From the NCBI GenBank assembly GCA_963752965.1, contig CAVWAJ010000007.1:489898-553897 (forward strand): DNA of 64,000 bases, in the 5' to 3' direction. The notes beneath the pieces are model-generated. The model did no database searches and had not been told where the DNA came from. It saw nothing but the letters and a program-made list of their open reading frames with translations. The stretch comes from Terriglobia bacterium (GTDB lineage Bacteria; Acidobacteriota; Terriglobia; Bryobacterales; Bryobacteraceae). This document shows, in pieces, positions 44,600-53,410 of this stretch (position 1 is the first letter of the stretch; every line of letters begins with the position of its first letter). Position numbers and translations under genes: made by a program.

Positions 44600-44953
44600 A
44601 TGTCACCCAAAATAACGGCTGTAAACGCGCTCGCTCTCCCCTGGGAACAGCGATTCAATGAGAAGATCGGAAAATCGCTCTACAGGAAGAACTTGATCGA
44701 AGACCCTGAGACGGGAATGGAGATTCGGCTGGTGCGCTATCCCGCCGGTATCGTCAACCCGAGTCACACCCACCCATGTGCCCACGGTATGTACGTCCTC
44801 GAAGGCACTCTGGTGACGCACGACGGCCGTTACGGCCCGGGCCACTTCGTGTGGTTCCCCGAAGGGCTTGTCATGGAGCACGGGGCCAGCGCGGAAGCCG
44901 ATGTCACGGTTCTGTTCATCACCAACAAACGCTTCGAGATTCACTACTCTTGA
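44600..44953 (+). CDS. Cupin domain protein (ChrR-like cupin)
   Basis: Preferred ATG at 44600 (MSPKITAVNALALPWEQ). Cupin core RLVRYPAGIVNPSHTHPCAHGMYVLEGTLV...GHFVWFPEG. Confidence 0.7.
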   Translation: MSPKITAVNALALPWEQRFNEKIGKSLYRKNLIEDPETGMEIRLVRYPAGIVNPSHTHPCAHGMYVLEGTLVTHDGRYGPGHFVWFPEGLVMEHGASAEADVTVLFITNKRFEIHYS

Positions 44954-45010
44954 AAAGCGGGTAGCTGGCTGCCCATCGGGTGACACCGTGGTGTATCCTT
45001 TTCACTGATC

Positions 45011-46063
45011 TTGTCCTCTCACCTCATCCTGGTCGGCGGATTTCTCGGTGCTGGCAAAACCACGCTGCTGCTGGCGGCGGGAGCGCGTCTGCGCGCCGCG
45101 GGCAAGCGCGTAGGCATTATTCTCAACGATCAGGGTGGAGAGTTGGTAGACACACGACTGGCCGAAGCCGCTGGACTCATCTCGCAAGAGGTCATCGGCG
45201 GCTGCTTCTGTTGCCGCTTCTCCGAATTCATGACGGTGGCTGATAGCTTCGCGCTCAACGGCGCGCCGGAGTTCATCCTGGCCGAGCCGGTGGGGAGCTG
45301 CACGGATCTTTCGGCTACGATTTTGCAGCCCATCAAGCGCTATTACGGCGACCGGTACCGGCTTGCGCCGCTGACAGTCCTGGTGGACCCTGCTCGCGCC
45401 GGAGAACTGTTGCATCCGGATGCCGATCCGTTGACTTCGTATCTATTCCGCAAGCAAATCGCGGAGGCTGACCTGGTGCGCTTCAGTAAGGCGGATCTGC
45501 ACCAAAGTCTGCCGCAACTACCGGGCGCGGATGCGCGGCCGCTGAGCGCGGAGACCGGCGTGGGTGTTACCGAGTGGCTCGACGAAGTACTCTCATGGAA
45601 CGGCGCGCCGGGCTCCCGGCTGCTCGAAATCGACTACGGCAAATATGCCGAGGCCGAGGCGTCGCTGGGCTGGCTGAACTGGTGTGGCGAGTGCCGCCTC
45701 GACCGGGCGCTCACGCCCGCGGCTTTCATCGGGCCCCTGGTCGCCGCACTCGATCGCCTTTTGACTGAAGCCGGAATCCCGATTGCGCACCTGAAACTAT
45801 TCGCGCGCTCCGCGAACGGTCACTTGAAGGCAAGCGTCTGCCGCAATGGCGACCGTCCCGCCGTCGCTGGCGCACTGGATGCGCCGCCCGCCACGCGTTA
45901 CACGCTGACTATCAATCTACGCGCCGCCGGCGGTCCGGATGCTCTGCGCGCCATCGTCGATCGGGCGGCACATGACTTGCCTGGGCGATTCCAGATCACC
46001 CACGCTGAAGCCTTTCGTCCCTCGCCACCCGTTCCCGAACACCGCTTTCAGGAAGTCGTATGA
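45011..46063 (+). CDS. G3E-family P-loop GTPase (CobW/COG0523-like) with divergent C-terminal domain
   Basis: TTG start at 45011. Walker A GGFLGAGKTTLL. CxCC motif GGCFCC. LAEPVGSC and SKAD (NKxD-like). The C-terminal about 150 aa are not a His-rich CobW_C. Confidence 0.75.
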   Translation: MSSHLILVGGFLGAGKTTLLLAAGARLRAAGKRVGIILNDQGGELVDTRLAEAAGLISQEVIGGCFCCRFSEFMTVADSFALNGAPEFILAEPVGSCTDLSATILQPIKRYYGDRYRLAPLTVLVDPARAGELLHPDADPLTSYLFRKQIAEADLVRFSKADLHQSLPQLPGADARPLSAETGVGVTEWLDEVLSWNGAPGSRLLEIDYGKYAEAEASLGWLNWCGECRLDRALTPAAFIGPLVAALDRLLTEAGIPIAHLKLFARSANGHLKASVCRNGDRPAVAGALDAPPATRYTLTINLRAAGGPDALRAIVDRAAHDLPGRFQITHAEAFRPSPPVPEHRFQEVV

Positions 46064-48699
46064 AAATCACCCGACGAAATCTGCTCGCAGGCACCGCCGC
46101 CGCGGGCCTCTCACGCGGTCAAACGGCACAGCGTCCGCCATTAGCACGCCCCGCGCCTGGACGCCGCTTTACCAAGGACTCGCTGCGCGAAATTGCGTTT
46201 CCGCTAGGCGGGATTGGCACCGGAACAGTGTCACTCGGCGGCTGCGGCAACTTTCGCGATTGGGAAATCTTCAACCGGCCGAATAAGGGCGGCATCCTGC
46301 CCTTCACGTTCGTGGCCCTGCATTTAACCGGCGGCGGCCTCTCGAAGCCCCTCATCCGCGTGGTCGAGCGCGTGCCGCATCCGCCCTACACGGGTTCGAG
46401 CGGCGTGCCCCGCGAGACCGGCCTCGGCCTGCCGCGCTTCCGCGAAGCCGTATTCACCGGATCCTATCCCTTCGCCGACGTCGAATTCATCGATGCCAAG
46501 TTGCCCGTAGAGGTCTCGCTCGAAGCGTTCAACCCGATGATTCCGCTCGAAACCGCGGATTCAAGCCTCCCCGTCGCGATCCTGACCTACCGTGTAACGA
46601 ACCGCGCGACGGCGCCCGTGAATGCCGCGCTCGCCTTCTCGATCCTCAACCCGGTAGGCTACGACGGAGTGGCGCAACTCGGGGATCGCAACGCTCCATT
46701 CTTCGGCGCAAACCGGAATGAGTTCCGCACCGACGGCAATGCGGCCGGCTTGTTTCTTTCTTCCGCTAAATATCCCGCCGGTTCGCCGCACTACGGCTCG
46801 ATGGCCGTCGTCACCGAATCGGGCGATAACTCCTATCGGCTCGCGTGGGAGCACGGGGAGTGGTTCGACGAGTTTCAAAAATGGTGGGACGAATTCCTCG
46901 CACGCGGCCGGTTCCCGAACAACGCCGCGACGCCATCAGACGACAAAACCACAGACTATGCGTCGCTGGCCTCGCACCTCGCTCTGAAGCCGGGGGAAAC
47001 CAGGCACATCACGTTTGTTCTCGCTTGGCATTTCCCCAATACGGAGATTTATTGGCGAAGCGAAGGCGAAGACTTTGGTGAGGGCCGCGAGTCGAATCAG
47101 CCTGCGCCACTGCGGAATGACTATGGCACGCGATGGCCTTCAGCCTGGGAGCCGGCGGTACACGCTCTGCGCGAACTCCATTCCCTGCGCGAGCGCTCAA
47201 TGAAGTATCGCGACACGCTCTATGCCTCGACCCTGCCCGCGCCGGTTATTGACGCCATTTCCAGCCAGGCTTCCATCTTGCGTACTAACAGCGTCATGGT
47301 GATGGAGAAGAAGCTAACGCTCGCGTTCGAGGGCTGCGACGATCATACCGGCTGCTGCCCCATGAACTGCACGCACGTCTACAACTACGAGCAGGCGCTT
47401 GCGCACCTCTACCCCGAGCTCGAGCGCAGCATGCGCGAAACGGATTTCCTGGTCAACTTGCGGCCCGATGGCAGCATGAGTTTCCGCACCCCTGTGCCGC
47501 TGCACTCCCAAACGAGCGGCCCCTTGATGCCCGCGGCCGACGGCCAGATGGGCTGCGTCATGAAGGTTTACCGCGAGTGGCTGCGCGGCGCGGACGATGA
47601 CTGGCTTCGCAAGCTCTGGCCCAACGTCAAGCGCGCCATCGAATACGCCTGGGTGAATTGGGATGCCGACCGTGATGGTGTCATGGAAGGCGAACAGCAC
47701 AACACCTACGACATTGAGTTCTACGGCCCGAACAGCATGATGGGCACGCTCTATCTCGGGGCGCTGGTGGCTGGCGCACGCATGGCGGAATATCTCGGCG
47801 ACACCGCTGCGGCCGCAACGTATAACAAGCTCTATGAGCACGGCCGAACGCGCCTTGATAAAGAGCTGTGGAACGGCGAGTATTACGTCCAGCGCGTGGA
47901 TGAATCGCAGTCCAAAGCCGCGCGCTACCAATATGGTGAAGGCTGCCTCTCCGATCAGTTGCTCGGCCAGTGGTTCGCCGAAGTGGTCGATCTCGGCAAA
48001 CTGCTGCCGCACGATCACCTCCGTAGCACTCTAGCAGCCATCTTTCACCACAACTTCAACGCCGATTTTTCCGGGTTCGCCAATGCCCAGCGCATCTACG
48101 CCCTTGCCGACGAGAAGGGTCTGCTGCTGTGCAGTTGGCCAAAAGGCAAGCGGCCCGCGCTTCCATTCGTTTATTCCGACGAGGTCTGGACCGGCATCGA
48201 ATACCAGGTGGCCGCTCACCTCATCTACGAAGGCATGGTCAAGGAGGGGCTAGCCATCGTCGAAGCAACGCGGGCGCGCTACGACGGCCGGCGGCGCAAT
48301 CCCTGGAACGAGATTGAGTGCGGCCACCATTACGCGCGCGCTATGTCGAGCTGGAGCTTGCTTACAGCCATCTCCGGTTTCGCATACTCGGCGCCGCGGA
48401 GGGAGATCCGTTTCCGCCCGCGCGTTTTGGAAGCGCAGTTCCGCTGTCTCTATTCCGCGGGAACGGCGTGGGGCAGCTACGCGCAACAGGCAGCGAAGGA
48501 CAAGGTGGACGCCGAGATATCCGTCGAAGGTGGCCTGCTGGAACTTGCGATTGTGCGTGTTCCGTTCTCCGGGGCGCGCGCTAGAGTGACGACGAGTGCT
48601 CCCGCTAACGTGGAAGTCGCCGGCGGAGAAGCTATCGTGCGATTCGGTTCCCCCGTGAAGCTCGGGGCGAACCAGAAATTGAGGTTCTCGCTCTCATGA
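46060..48699 (+). CDS. Tat-exported GH116-family glycoside hydrolase (GBA2/bile-acid beta-glucosidase type)
   Basis: 879 aa. ATGA overlap with the GTPase gene. Tat leader MKITRRNLLAGTAAAGLS. GH116 N-domain hallmark FPLGGIGTGTVSLGGCGNFRDWEIFN. Catalytic (alpha/alpha)6 region with FEGCDDHTGCCPMNCTHVYNYEQAL and EVWTGIEYQVAAHL. Confidence 0.85.
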   Translation: MKITRRNLLAGTAAAGLSRGQTAQRPPLARPAPGRRFTKDSLREIAFPLGGIGTGTVSLGGCGNFRDWEIFNRPNKGGILPFTFVALHLTGGGLSKPLIRVVERVPHPPYTGSSGVPRETGLGLPRFREAVFTGSYPFADVEFIDAKLPVEVSLEAFNPMIPLETADSSLPVAILTYRVTNRATAPVNAALAFSILNPVGYDGVAQLGDRNAPFFGANRNEFRTDGNAAGLFLSSAKYPAGSPHYGSMAVVTESGDNSYRLAWEHGEWFDEFQKWWDEFLARGRFPNNAATPSDDKTTDYASLASHLALKPGETRHITFVLAWHFPNTEIYWRSEGEDFGEGRESNQPAPLRNDYGTRWPSAWEPAVHALRELHSLRERSMKYRDTLYASTLPAPVIDAISSQASILRTNSVMVMEKKLTLAFEGCDDHTGCCPMNCTHVYNYEQALAHLYPELERSMRETDFLVNLRPDGSMSFRTPVPLHSQTSGPLMPAADGQMGCVMKVYREWLRGADDDWLRKLWPNVKRAIEYAWVNWDADRDGVMEGEQHNTYDIEFYGPNSMMGTLYLGALVAGARMAEYLGDTAAAATYNKLYEHGRTRLDKELWNGEYYVQRVDESQSKAARYQYGEGCLSDQLLGQWFAEVVDLGKLLPHDHLRSTLAAIFHHNFNADFSGFANAQRIYALADEKGLLLCSWPKGKRPALPFVYSDEVWTGIEYQVAAHLIYEGMVKEGLAIVEATRARYDGRRRNPWNEIECGHHYARAMSSWSLLTAISGFAYSAPRREIRFRPRVLEAQFRCLYSAGTAWGSYAQQAAKDKVDAEISVEGGLLELAIVRVPFSGARARVTTSAPANVEVAGGEAIVRFGSPVKLGANQKLRFSLS

Positions 48700-49334
48700 C
48701 CCGCCGTTCATTACTCGGTCTCGCCGCAACCGCTGCGTTTGCGCAGAAGGATCAGCCCGTGCAAAACGATGCATTCTACAACCTGCCTCCCAACCTGCCC
48801 GTCCCGAAAGACGACGGCGCCGCCCGGCACTTGCCCGGCATGCAGGTACCAGCAATCACACTCGTCTCGACCGCCAATCGTCGCGTCAACCTCGCGGACC
48901 TCGCGCGCGAGCGTACGGTCATCTACTGCTACCCTCGCACCGGCGCGCCCGGCCAGCCCGTGCCCAAAGGGTGGGACGACATTCCGGGCGCACGCGGCTG
49001 CACTCCGGAGAGCTGCGGCTTCCGCGATCACTACCACGCGCTCGAAGCGCTGCACGTGCGCGTCTGCGGCCTGAGCACGCAGACCACCGAGTATCAGCGG
49101 GAAACAGTCGAACGTCTGCATTTGCCTTTCGAGATCCTGAGCGATGCCGATTTCGCCGTAACCAATGCCTTGCGTCTGCCGACCTTCGAGTTCGAGGGTG
49201 TGCGCTTGCTCAAGCGCCTGACACTGGTACTCTCTGGCGGCAAAATCGAGAAGGTCTTCTACCCCGTCTTCCCCCCGGATAAGCACGCGGAAGAGGTGAT
49301 CGCGTGGCTAACCCGGAATTCCGCACAGCGATAG
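48696..49334 (+). CDS. Exported peroxiredoxin (Bcp/PrxQ-like AhpC/TSA family)
   Basis: 212 aa. ATGA overlap with the GH116 gene. RR leader MTRRSLLGLAATAAFAQ. Active-site region YCYPRTGAPG...GARGCTPESCGFRD. Also LSDADFAVTNAL. Confidence 0.8.
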   Translation: MTRRSLLGLAATAAFAQKDQPVQNDAFYNLPPNLPVPKDDGAARHLPGMQVPAITLVSTANRRVNLADLARERTVIYCYPRTGAPGQPVPKGWDDIPGARGCTPESCGFRDHYHALEALHVRVCGLSTQTTEYQRETVERLHLPFEILSDADFAVTNALRLPTFEFEGVRLLKRLTLVLSGGKIEKVFYPVFPPDKHAEEVIAWLTRNSAQR

Positions 49335-49398
49335 TACTTCGAACACCTCGAATGATATGCTCTATTCAGGACACGACAATCCCAAATGGAGGGCAGCC

Positions 49399-49863
49399 AT
49401 GACGGTGCGTGAACGAATTGAGGATTTTCTGAGCCAGAAGCGCCTGGCAGTCGTGGGCGTCTCGCGGGAGCCCAAGGATTTTTCTCGCGGTCTGTTCCGC
49501 GAGTTCTGCCAGCGTGGTTATGACGTAGTGCCTGTGAATCCCGACCTGAGTGAAGTAGAAGGCCGAACCTGCTACCACCGCGTGCAGGACGTCGTGCCAC
49601 CCGTGGAAGGCGTTCTGTTGATGACGTCGCCGGCCGTCACCGAACAGGTCGTGCGCGATTGCGCCGAGGCAGGCATCCACCGCGTGTGGATGTACAGGGC
49701 AGCCGGCGCGGGAGCAGTGAGCCAGAGCGCGATCGAGTTCTGCAAAACGAGGGACATTCATGTGGTTCCTGGGGAGTGCCCCTATATGTTCTTCCCCGAA
49801 ACAGGTTTTGTCCACCGCGCACACGGGTTTCTCAAGCGGGTCACGGGAACTCTGCCGCATTAA
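49399..49863 (+). CDS. CoA-binding domain protein (YccU/YneT-like)
   Basis: Preferred ATG at 49399 (MTVRERIEDFLSQKRLAVVGVSREPKDFSRGLFREFCQRGYDVVPVNP). Confidence 0.75.
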   Translation: MTVRERIEDFLSQKRLAVVGVSREPKDFSRGLFREFCQRGYDVVPVNPDLSEVEGRTCYHRVQDVVPPVEGVLLMTSPAVTEQVVRDCAEAGIHRVWMYRAAGAGAVSQSAIEFCKTRDIHVVPGECPYMFFPETGFVHRAHGFLKRVTGTLPH

Positions 49864-49868
49864 CCCAG

Positions 49869-50420
49869 CTAAGCGTTCATTAACTCGAAGAGCTTGGTCA
49901 CCGTTCGCCAGTTTCTCCCTGTGCTGGTGGTCGCAAGCTTTGAGTCGAAGTACTGATTAGTAAGTTTGGTACGTGCCACGCCATTAGGGAGCCACAGATA
50001 CACCTCTTGACCGCGTACTTGGAACGCGTCAGATGGCGACCGGTCTGGGTCAAGATCTGCGACATTGCGCGAAGCCGGCACATCTGCGAGGAAGAGGACG
50101 TGCAGCTCTTCCTCCGCTACGGCATCTTTGAGAAATGGATTGTTGCGTATGACCTTGCCGAGTTGCTCGGAGGTCCGCAACACGACCGGGATCTTGTATC
50201 CGAAACGCTTGGCGATTTGCGCGCTGATCAGGCGCGGAAGCCGGGCTGAGAGAGCCGGAGACGCACTGAAAATAACGTTGCCGGTCTGGACATAGCTGTG
50301 CGCGTCGCCGCAGCCCGCCCCGGCAAACATTTCAACTAGATCCTTCATCGGAAGCTTGTTCTTACCGCCGACGTTGATTCCTCGAAGCAGCGCAACGTGA
50401 GTTACTGGCATCGTCGGCAT
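49869..50420 (-). CDS. DUF1697 family protein
   Basis: 183 aa. Hallmark N-terminus ALLRGINVGGKNKLPMKDL. Confidence 0.75.
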   Translation of the reverse strand: MPTMPVTHVALLRGINVGGKNKLPMKDLVEMFAGAGCGDAHSYVQTGNVIFSASPALSARLPRLISAQIAKRFGYKIPVVLRTSEQLGKVIRNNPFLKDAVAEEELHVLFLADVPASRNVADLDPDRSPSDAFQVRGQEVYLWLPNGVARTKLTNQYFDSKLATTSTGRNWRTVTKLFELMNA

Positions 50421-50428
50421 GGGTACCG

Positions 50429-51004
50429 CTAATGCACGAATCTAATGGCCCGAAATATCAGCCAGGCGAGTCCGGCGGCAAATCCCAGCAACGCCTGATA
50501 CTCGCGGTTCTTCCTGTAGAGGCTCCATCGGAAGCGGCTCCGGCCCGGATTGTGCTTGCCCCGGGGAATCAGGCTCGGCACTGCGGCGGCGTAGCTCGCG
50601 TATTCTGGGAACAGTTTGGTGAGATGCTGCTCCTCCAACATCACGGCAGGCAGGTACACGAGCAGAAAAACAACCGCAAACAACACCGCAAGCCAGGCGC
50701 TGCACGCGGCGATCGCCAGGCCTAATGCCACCAGCAGCGTGCCGGCGTACAGCGGGTTGCGAATGTAAGCGTACGGTCCCCCGGTGGCGAGCTGTTGGTT
50801 CTTCGCGAGGTGGCCAGCAGCCCAAGCGCGCAAGGTAAGGCCCGCAAAGGAAATGGGGATGCCGCAGGCGAGCGCTCGGGCGGTAGGGTGAGCGAACCAG
50901 CCAAACGCCACCAGCAGCACAAATCCCATTGGCACGCGCAGGCGGGCAACGAAATCGGCGTAGGGTTTGGGGAAAGGGTAGCCGGAGCTCACGGCGCTGT
51001 ACAT
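50429..51004 (-). CDS. Membrane methyltransferase of the ICMT/PEMT family
   Basis: 191 aa with 4-5 TM segments. Motif region LATGGPYAYIRNPLYAGTLLVALG. Confidence 0.75.
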   Translation of the reverse strand: MYSAVSSGYPFPKPYADFVARLRVPMGFVLLVAFGWFAHPTARALACGIPISFAGLTLRAWAAGHLAKNQQLATGGPYAYIRNPLYAGTLLVALGLAIAACSAWLAVLFAVVFLLVYLPAVMLEEQHLTKLFPEYASYAAAVPSLIPRGKHNPGRSRFRWSLYRKNREYQALLGFAAGLAWLIFRAIRFVH

Positions 51005-51984
51005 GGCGCGGCGTGGCGGCTGAGCTGAACTTTCAGCGCCTCGAACACGCGGTCGGGATCGATATCGCGCATGGCCGGATCGATAGTGGAGACACGCTTG
51101 TAAGTCGTGATCGCGGTAGTGCTACGCAGCACGCAAATGCTCTCACCGTACGGACCGTTGCGCACCGGATCGGTGGGGCCGAAGATGGCCACCCCCGGCT
51201 TCCCAAGAGCCGCGGCCAAGTGCAAGGGTCCGCTATCCACGCCAACAACGGCAGTGGCACGTCGCGTGGCGTGGACCAGTCCGGCCAGTGACGAATGATG
51301 CAGGACAATCCCCGTCGCATTGGCGAACCGGACGCCCGGCGGACCGTTCAGCACCAAAGGGAGTTCCAGTTCCCGCTCGAGGCGGGAAGCCAGCCGCGAA
51401 TAGAATGCCAGCGGCCACTGCTTCGAGCGCCAGCCGGCCAGCGGGCAGGCCAGTACGAACCCGGAAGCGGGTAGCTCGCCCTGAGGCGCACCCTCTGGCA
51501 GCGGAAAAGTGCGCAAAATATTGGCAGCGCCGGCCGCCGCGGCCAGCTCGATGTTGCTGTCCACCTTATGCACTGCTTGCGTCTGGATACGGCTGGAGTA
51601 AAACAGCGCCGCCGGCCGCTCACGCAGTTGCGATTGATGGAATCCGAAAATACGGTCAGGCCGGGCCATCGAAGCTGCCACCGCTGACTTTATCAGTCCT
51701 TGAAAATCCACGGCAAAATCGAAGCGCCCGGCGCGGAGATTCCGCCAGTTCCGCATCCACGCCCCCGGGGTGCCACGCTCGAAGATGGCCACACCGTCGA
51801 CGTACGGGTTCTGCTCGAGCAACGGCGCCCACTGCGCTTCGATCAGCCAGGTCAGATGAGAACCTGGAAAGCTATGTTTGAGCGTAGCTACGGCGGGCAG
51901 CGTATGGATCACATCCCCCATCGCGCCCAGCCGCACCACCAGGATGCGCGGACCGGAGTTACTGCTGGTGGCGGCGCTGGACAT
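50989..51984 (-). CDS. waaC: Glycosyltransferase family 9, LPS heptosyltransferase I-like
   Basis: 331 aa. GT9 N-terminal hallmark ILVVRLGAMGDVIHTLPAV. C-terminal VGVDSGPLHLAAALGKP. Confidence 0.75.
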   Translation of the reverse strand: MSSAATSSNSGPRILVVRLGAMGDVIHTLPAVATLKHSFPGSHLTWLIEAQWAPLLEQNPYVDGVAIFERGTPGAWMRNWRNLRAGRFDFAVDFQGLIKSAVAASMARPDRIFGFHQSQLRERPAALFYSSRIQTQAVHKVDSNIELAAAAGAANILRTFPLPEGAPQGELPASGFVLACPLAGWRSKQWPLAFYSRLASRLERELELPLVLNGPPGVRFANATGIVLHHSSLAGLVHATRRATAVVGVDSGPLHLAAALGKPGVAIFGPTDPVRNGPYGESICVLRSTTAITTYKRVSTIDPAMRDIDPDRVFEALKVQLSRHAAPCTAP

Positions 51985-52348
51985 GTTGGCTCAGACGTTC
52001 GGCGCGAAGAAGGTCGGCCGATTCCTCCCGTAAGATTTCACTAGCGGCGAAACGGCTGAGTAGCTCTGCGCCTGCTTCCTCTGCGGCCGGCACCACGTAG
52101 TCTACCATGGCCAGCGCTGCCACCAACTCGGCGCGGGCCCGTGCCCCCAGCAGGGGTGCGGGCGGATCGAGAACGATGACGAACAGCGTGCCCGGAGTGC
52201 GGCCAACCTCGCGCAAGCGCGCCACATGCTCGGCCACAAGCACGTCGAAGTAACCCGTCACCACCTTCACCGTGCGTCCCTGGTCGCGCAACTCCTGTAG
52301 TCGCGTGGCCGCGTGTTTTGGTTCGATGATTTTCGTTCGGGTATCCAT
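51959..52348 (-). CDS. Degenerate cytidylyltransferase-like (HldC/RfaE domain II-like) protein lacking the HxGH motif
   Basis: 129 aa. GRTVKVVTGYFDVLVAEHVARLRE aligns with [24 protein letters not shown] of the bona fide HldC at 61404-61871, with HPGH replaced by VAEH. Overlaps the downstream GT9 gene by 26 nt. Confidence 0.55.
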   Translation of the reverse strand: MDTRTKIIEPKHAATRLQELRDQGRTVKVVTGYFDVLVAEHVARLREVGRTPGTLFVIVLDPPAPLLGARARAELVAALAMVDYVVPAAEEAGAELLSRFAASEILREESADLLRAERLSQHVQRRHQQ

Positions 52349-52354
52349 GAAGCT

Positions 52355-53410
52355 TCAACGGAGAAGGTCGAGCGCCACGTCCGCTACGCGGCCAGCGGCG
52401 ACACGCGTCATGCATCGGTGATCGATGGGGCATTCGCGCAACAGGCACGGGCTGCATTCCACTGGCTCGCGGACCACGCGGGCCAACCGGCCGGTAGGCC
52501 CCGTGGTCGAGTCATCCGTTGCGCCGAAAACCGCGACCGTGGGCACGCCCAGGGCCGAGGCAATGTGCATGGCGCCGGAATCGTTCGTGAGAAATACGCA
52601 GCACGCGGCCGCCAGCTCGATAAATTCGCTAAGCGCGGTCTTCCCCGCCAGGTTGCAGGCGGGCACACCGCCAGCCCGGATGCCTTGTGCGACCGTCTCA
52701 CATAACTCCCGCTCGTTAGCCGAGCCGAACAGGACGACGGAGCCGCGTTGTGACCTGGCAACCTCAAGTGCCGCCTCGGCGAAGCGCTCCGGCAGCCATT
52801 GTTTGGCCGTGCCGTAAGCCGCACCCGGACTGAGACCGATCACGGGCGGTGCGATGGCCCGTTGCGCAAATCCACGCGCGCCATTACTCGCCGCGGCTTC
52901 CGCTCCTTCCAGCCGGACTTCGCTCGATTCCACCGCTTCCGCGATCAAGCCGGCGCGCCGCAGCATTTCGAGATAGTAAAAGCGTTCGTGACGGGGAATC
53001 TCACCCGGCTGCGGAACTGGAATGGCATCGGTGAGCAGCGCGCCACGCCCGTCGCGATTGTATCCAATGCGCCGTGGAATACCGGCAAGCCATACAATCG
53101 CCGCGGCCTCGAATGCATTCTGCAACAGGACGGCGCATTCGAACTTCTCCGGGCGTAGCGCGCTGGCAGCCCGAAGTTTCCGCCCCAAACCACGGAAGCC
53201 GGGTTTGGCATCGTAAGGGATCACACGATGGACCGCTGTTTCCCGCGCATAGAGATCTGCTACCCAGGGCCGCGCCAGCACCACGATCTCAGCATCGGGA
53301 AAGCGGGCGTGCAGCGCGCGGATCGCGGGCAGCGACATCACGGCATCTCCTACCCAGTTCGTGGCGCGGATGAGAATCTTGGAAAACGCCATCGGGCCGG
53401 CGTGGGCCAT
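52355..53410 (-). CDS. waaF: Glycosyltransferase family 9, ADP-heptose:LPS heptosyltransferase II
   Basis: 351 aa. Motifs ILIRATNWVGDAVMSLPAIRAL, GLSPGAAYGTAKQW and NDSGAMHIASALGVP. Confidence 0.85.
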   Translation of the reverse strand: MAHAGPMAFSKILIRATNWVGDAVMSLPAIRALHARFPDAEIVVLARPWVADLYARETAVHRVIPYDAKPGFRGLGRKLRAASALRPEKFECAVLLQNAFEAAAIVWLAGIPRRIGYNRDGRGALLTDAIPVPQPGEIPRHERFYYLEMLRRAGLIAEAVESSEVRLEGAEAAASNGARGFAQRAIAPPVIGLSPGAAYGTAKQWLPERFAEAALEVARSQRGSVVLFGSANERELCETVAQGIRAGGVPACNLAGKTALSEFIELAAACCVFLTNDSGAMHIASALGVPTVAVFGATDDSTTGPTGRLARVVREPVECSPCLLRECPIDHRCMTRVAAGRVADVALDLLR

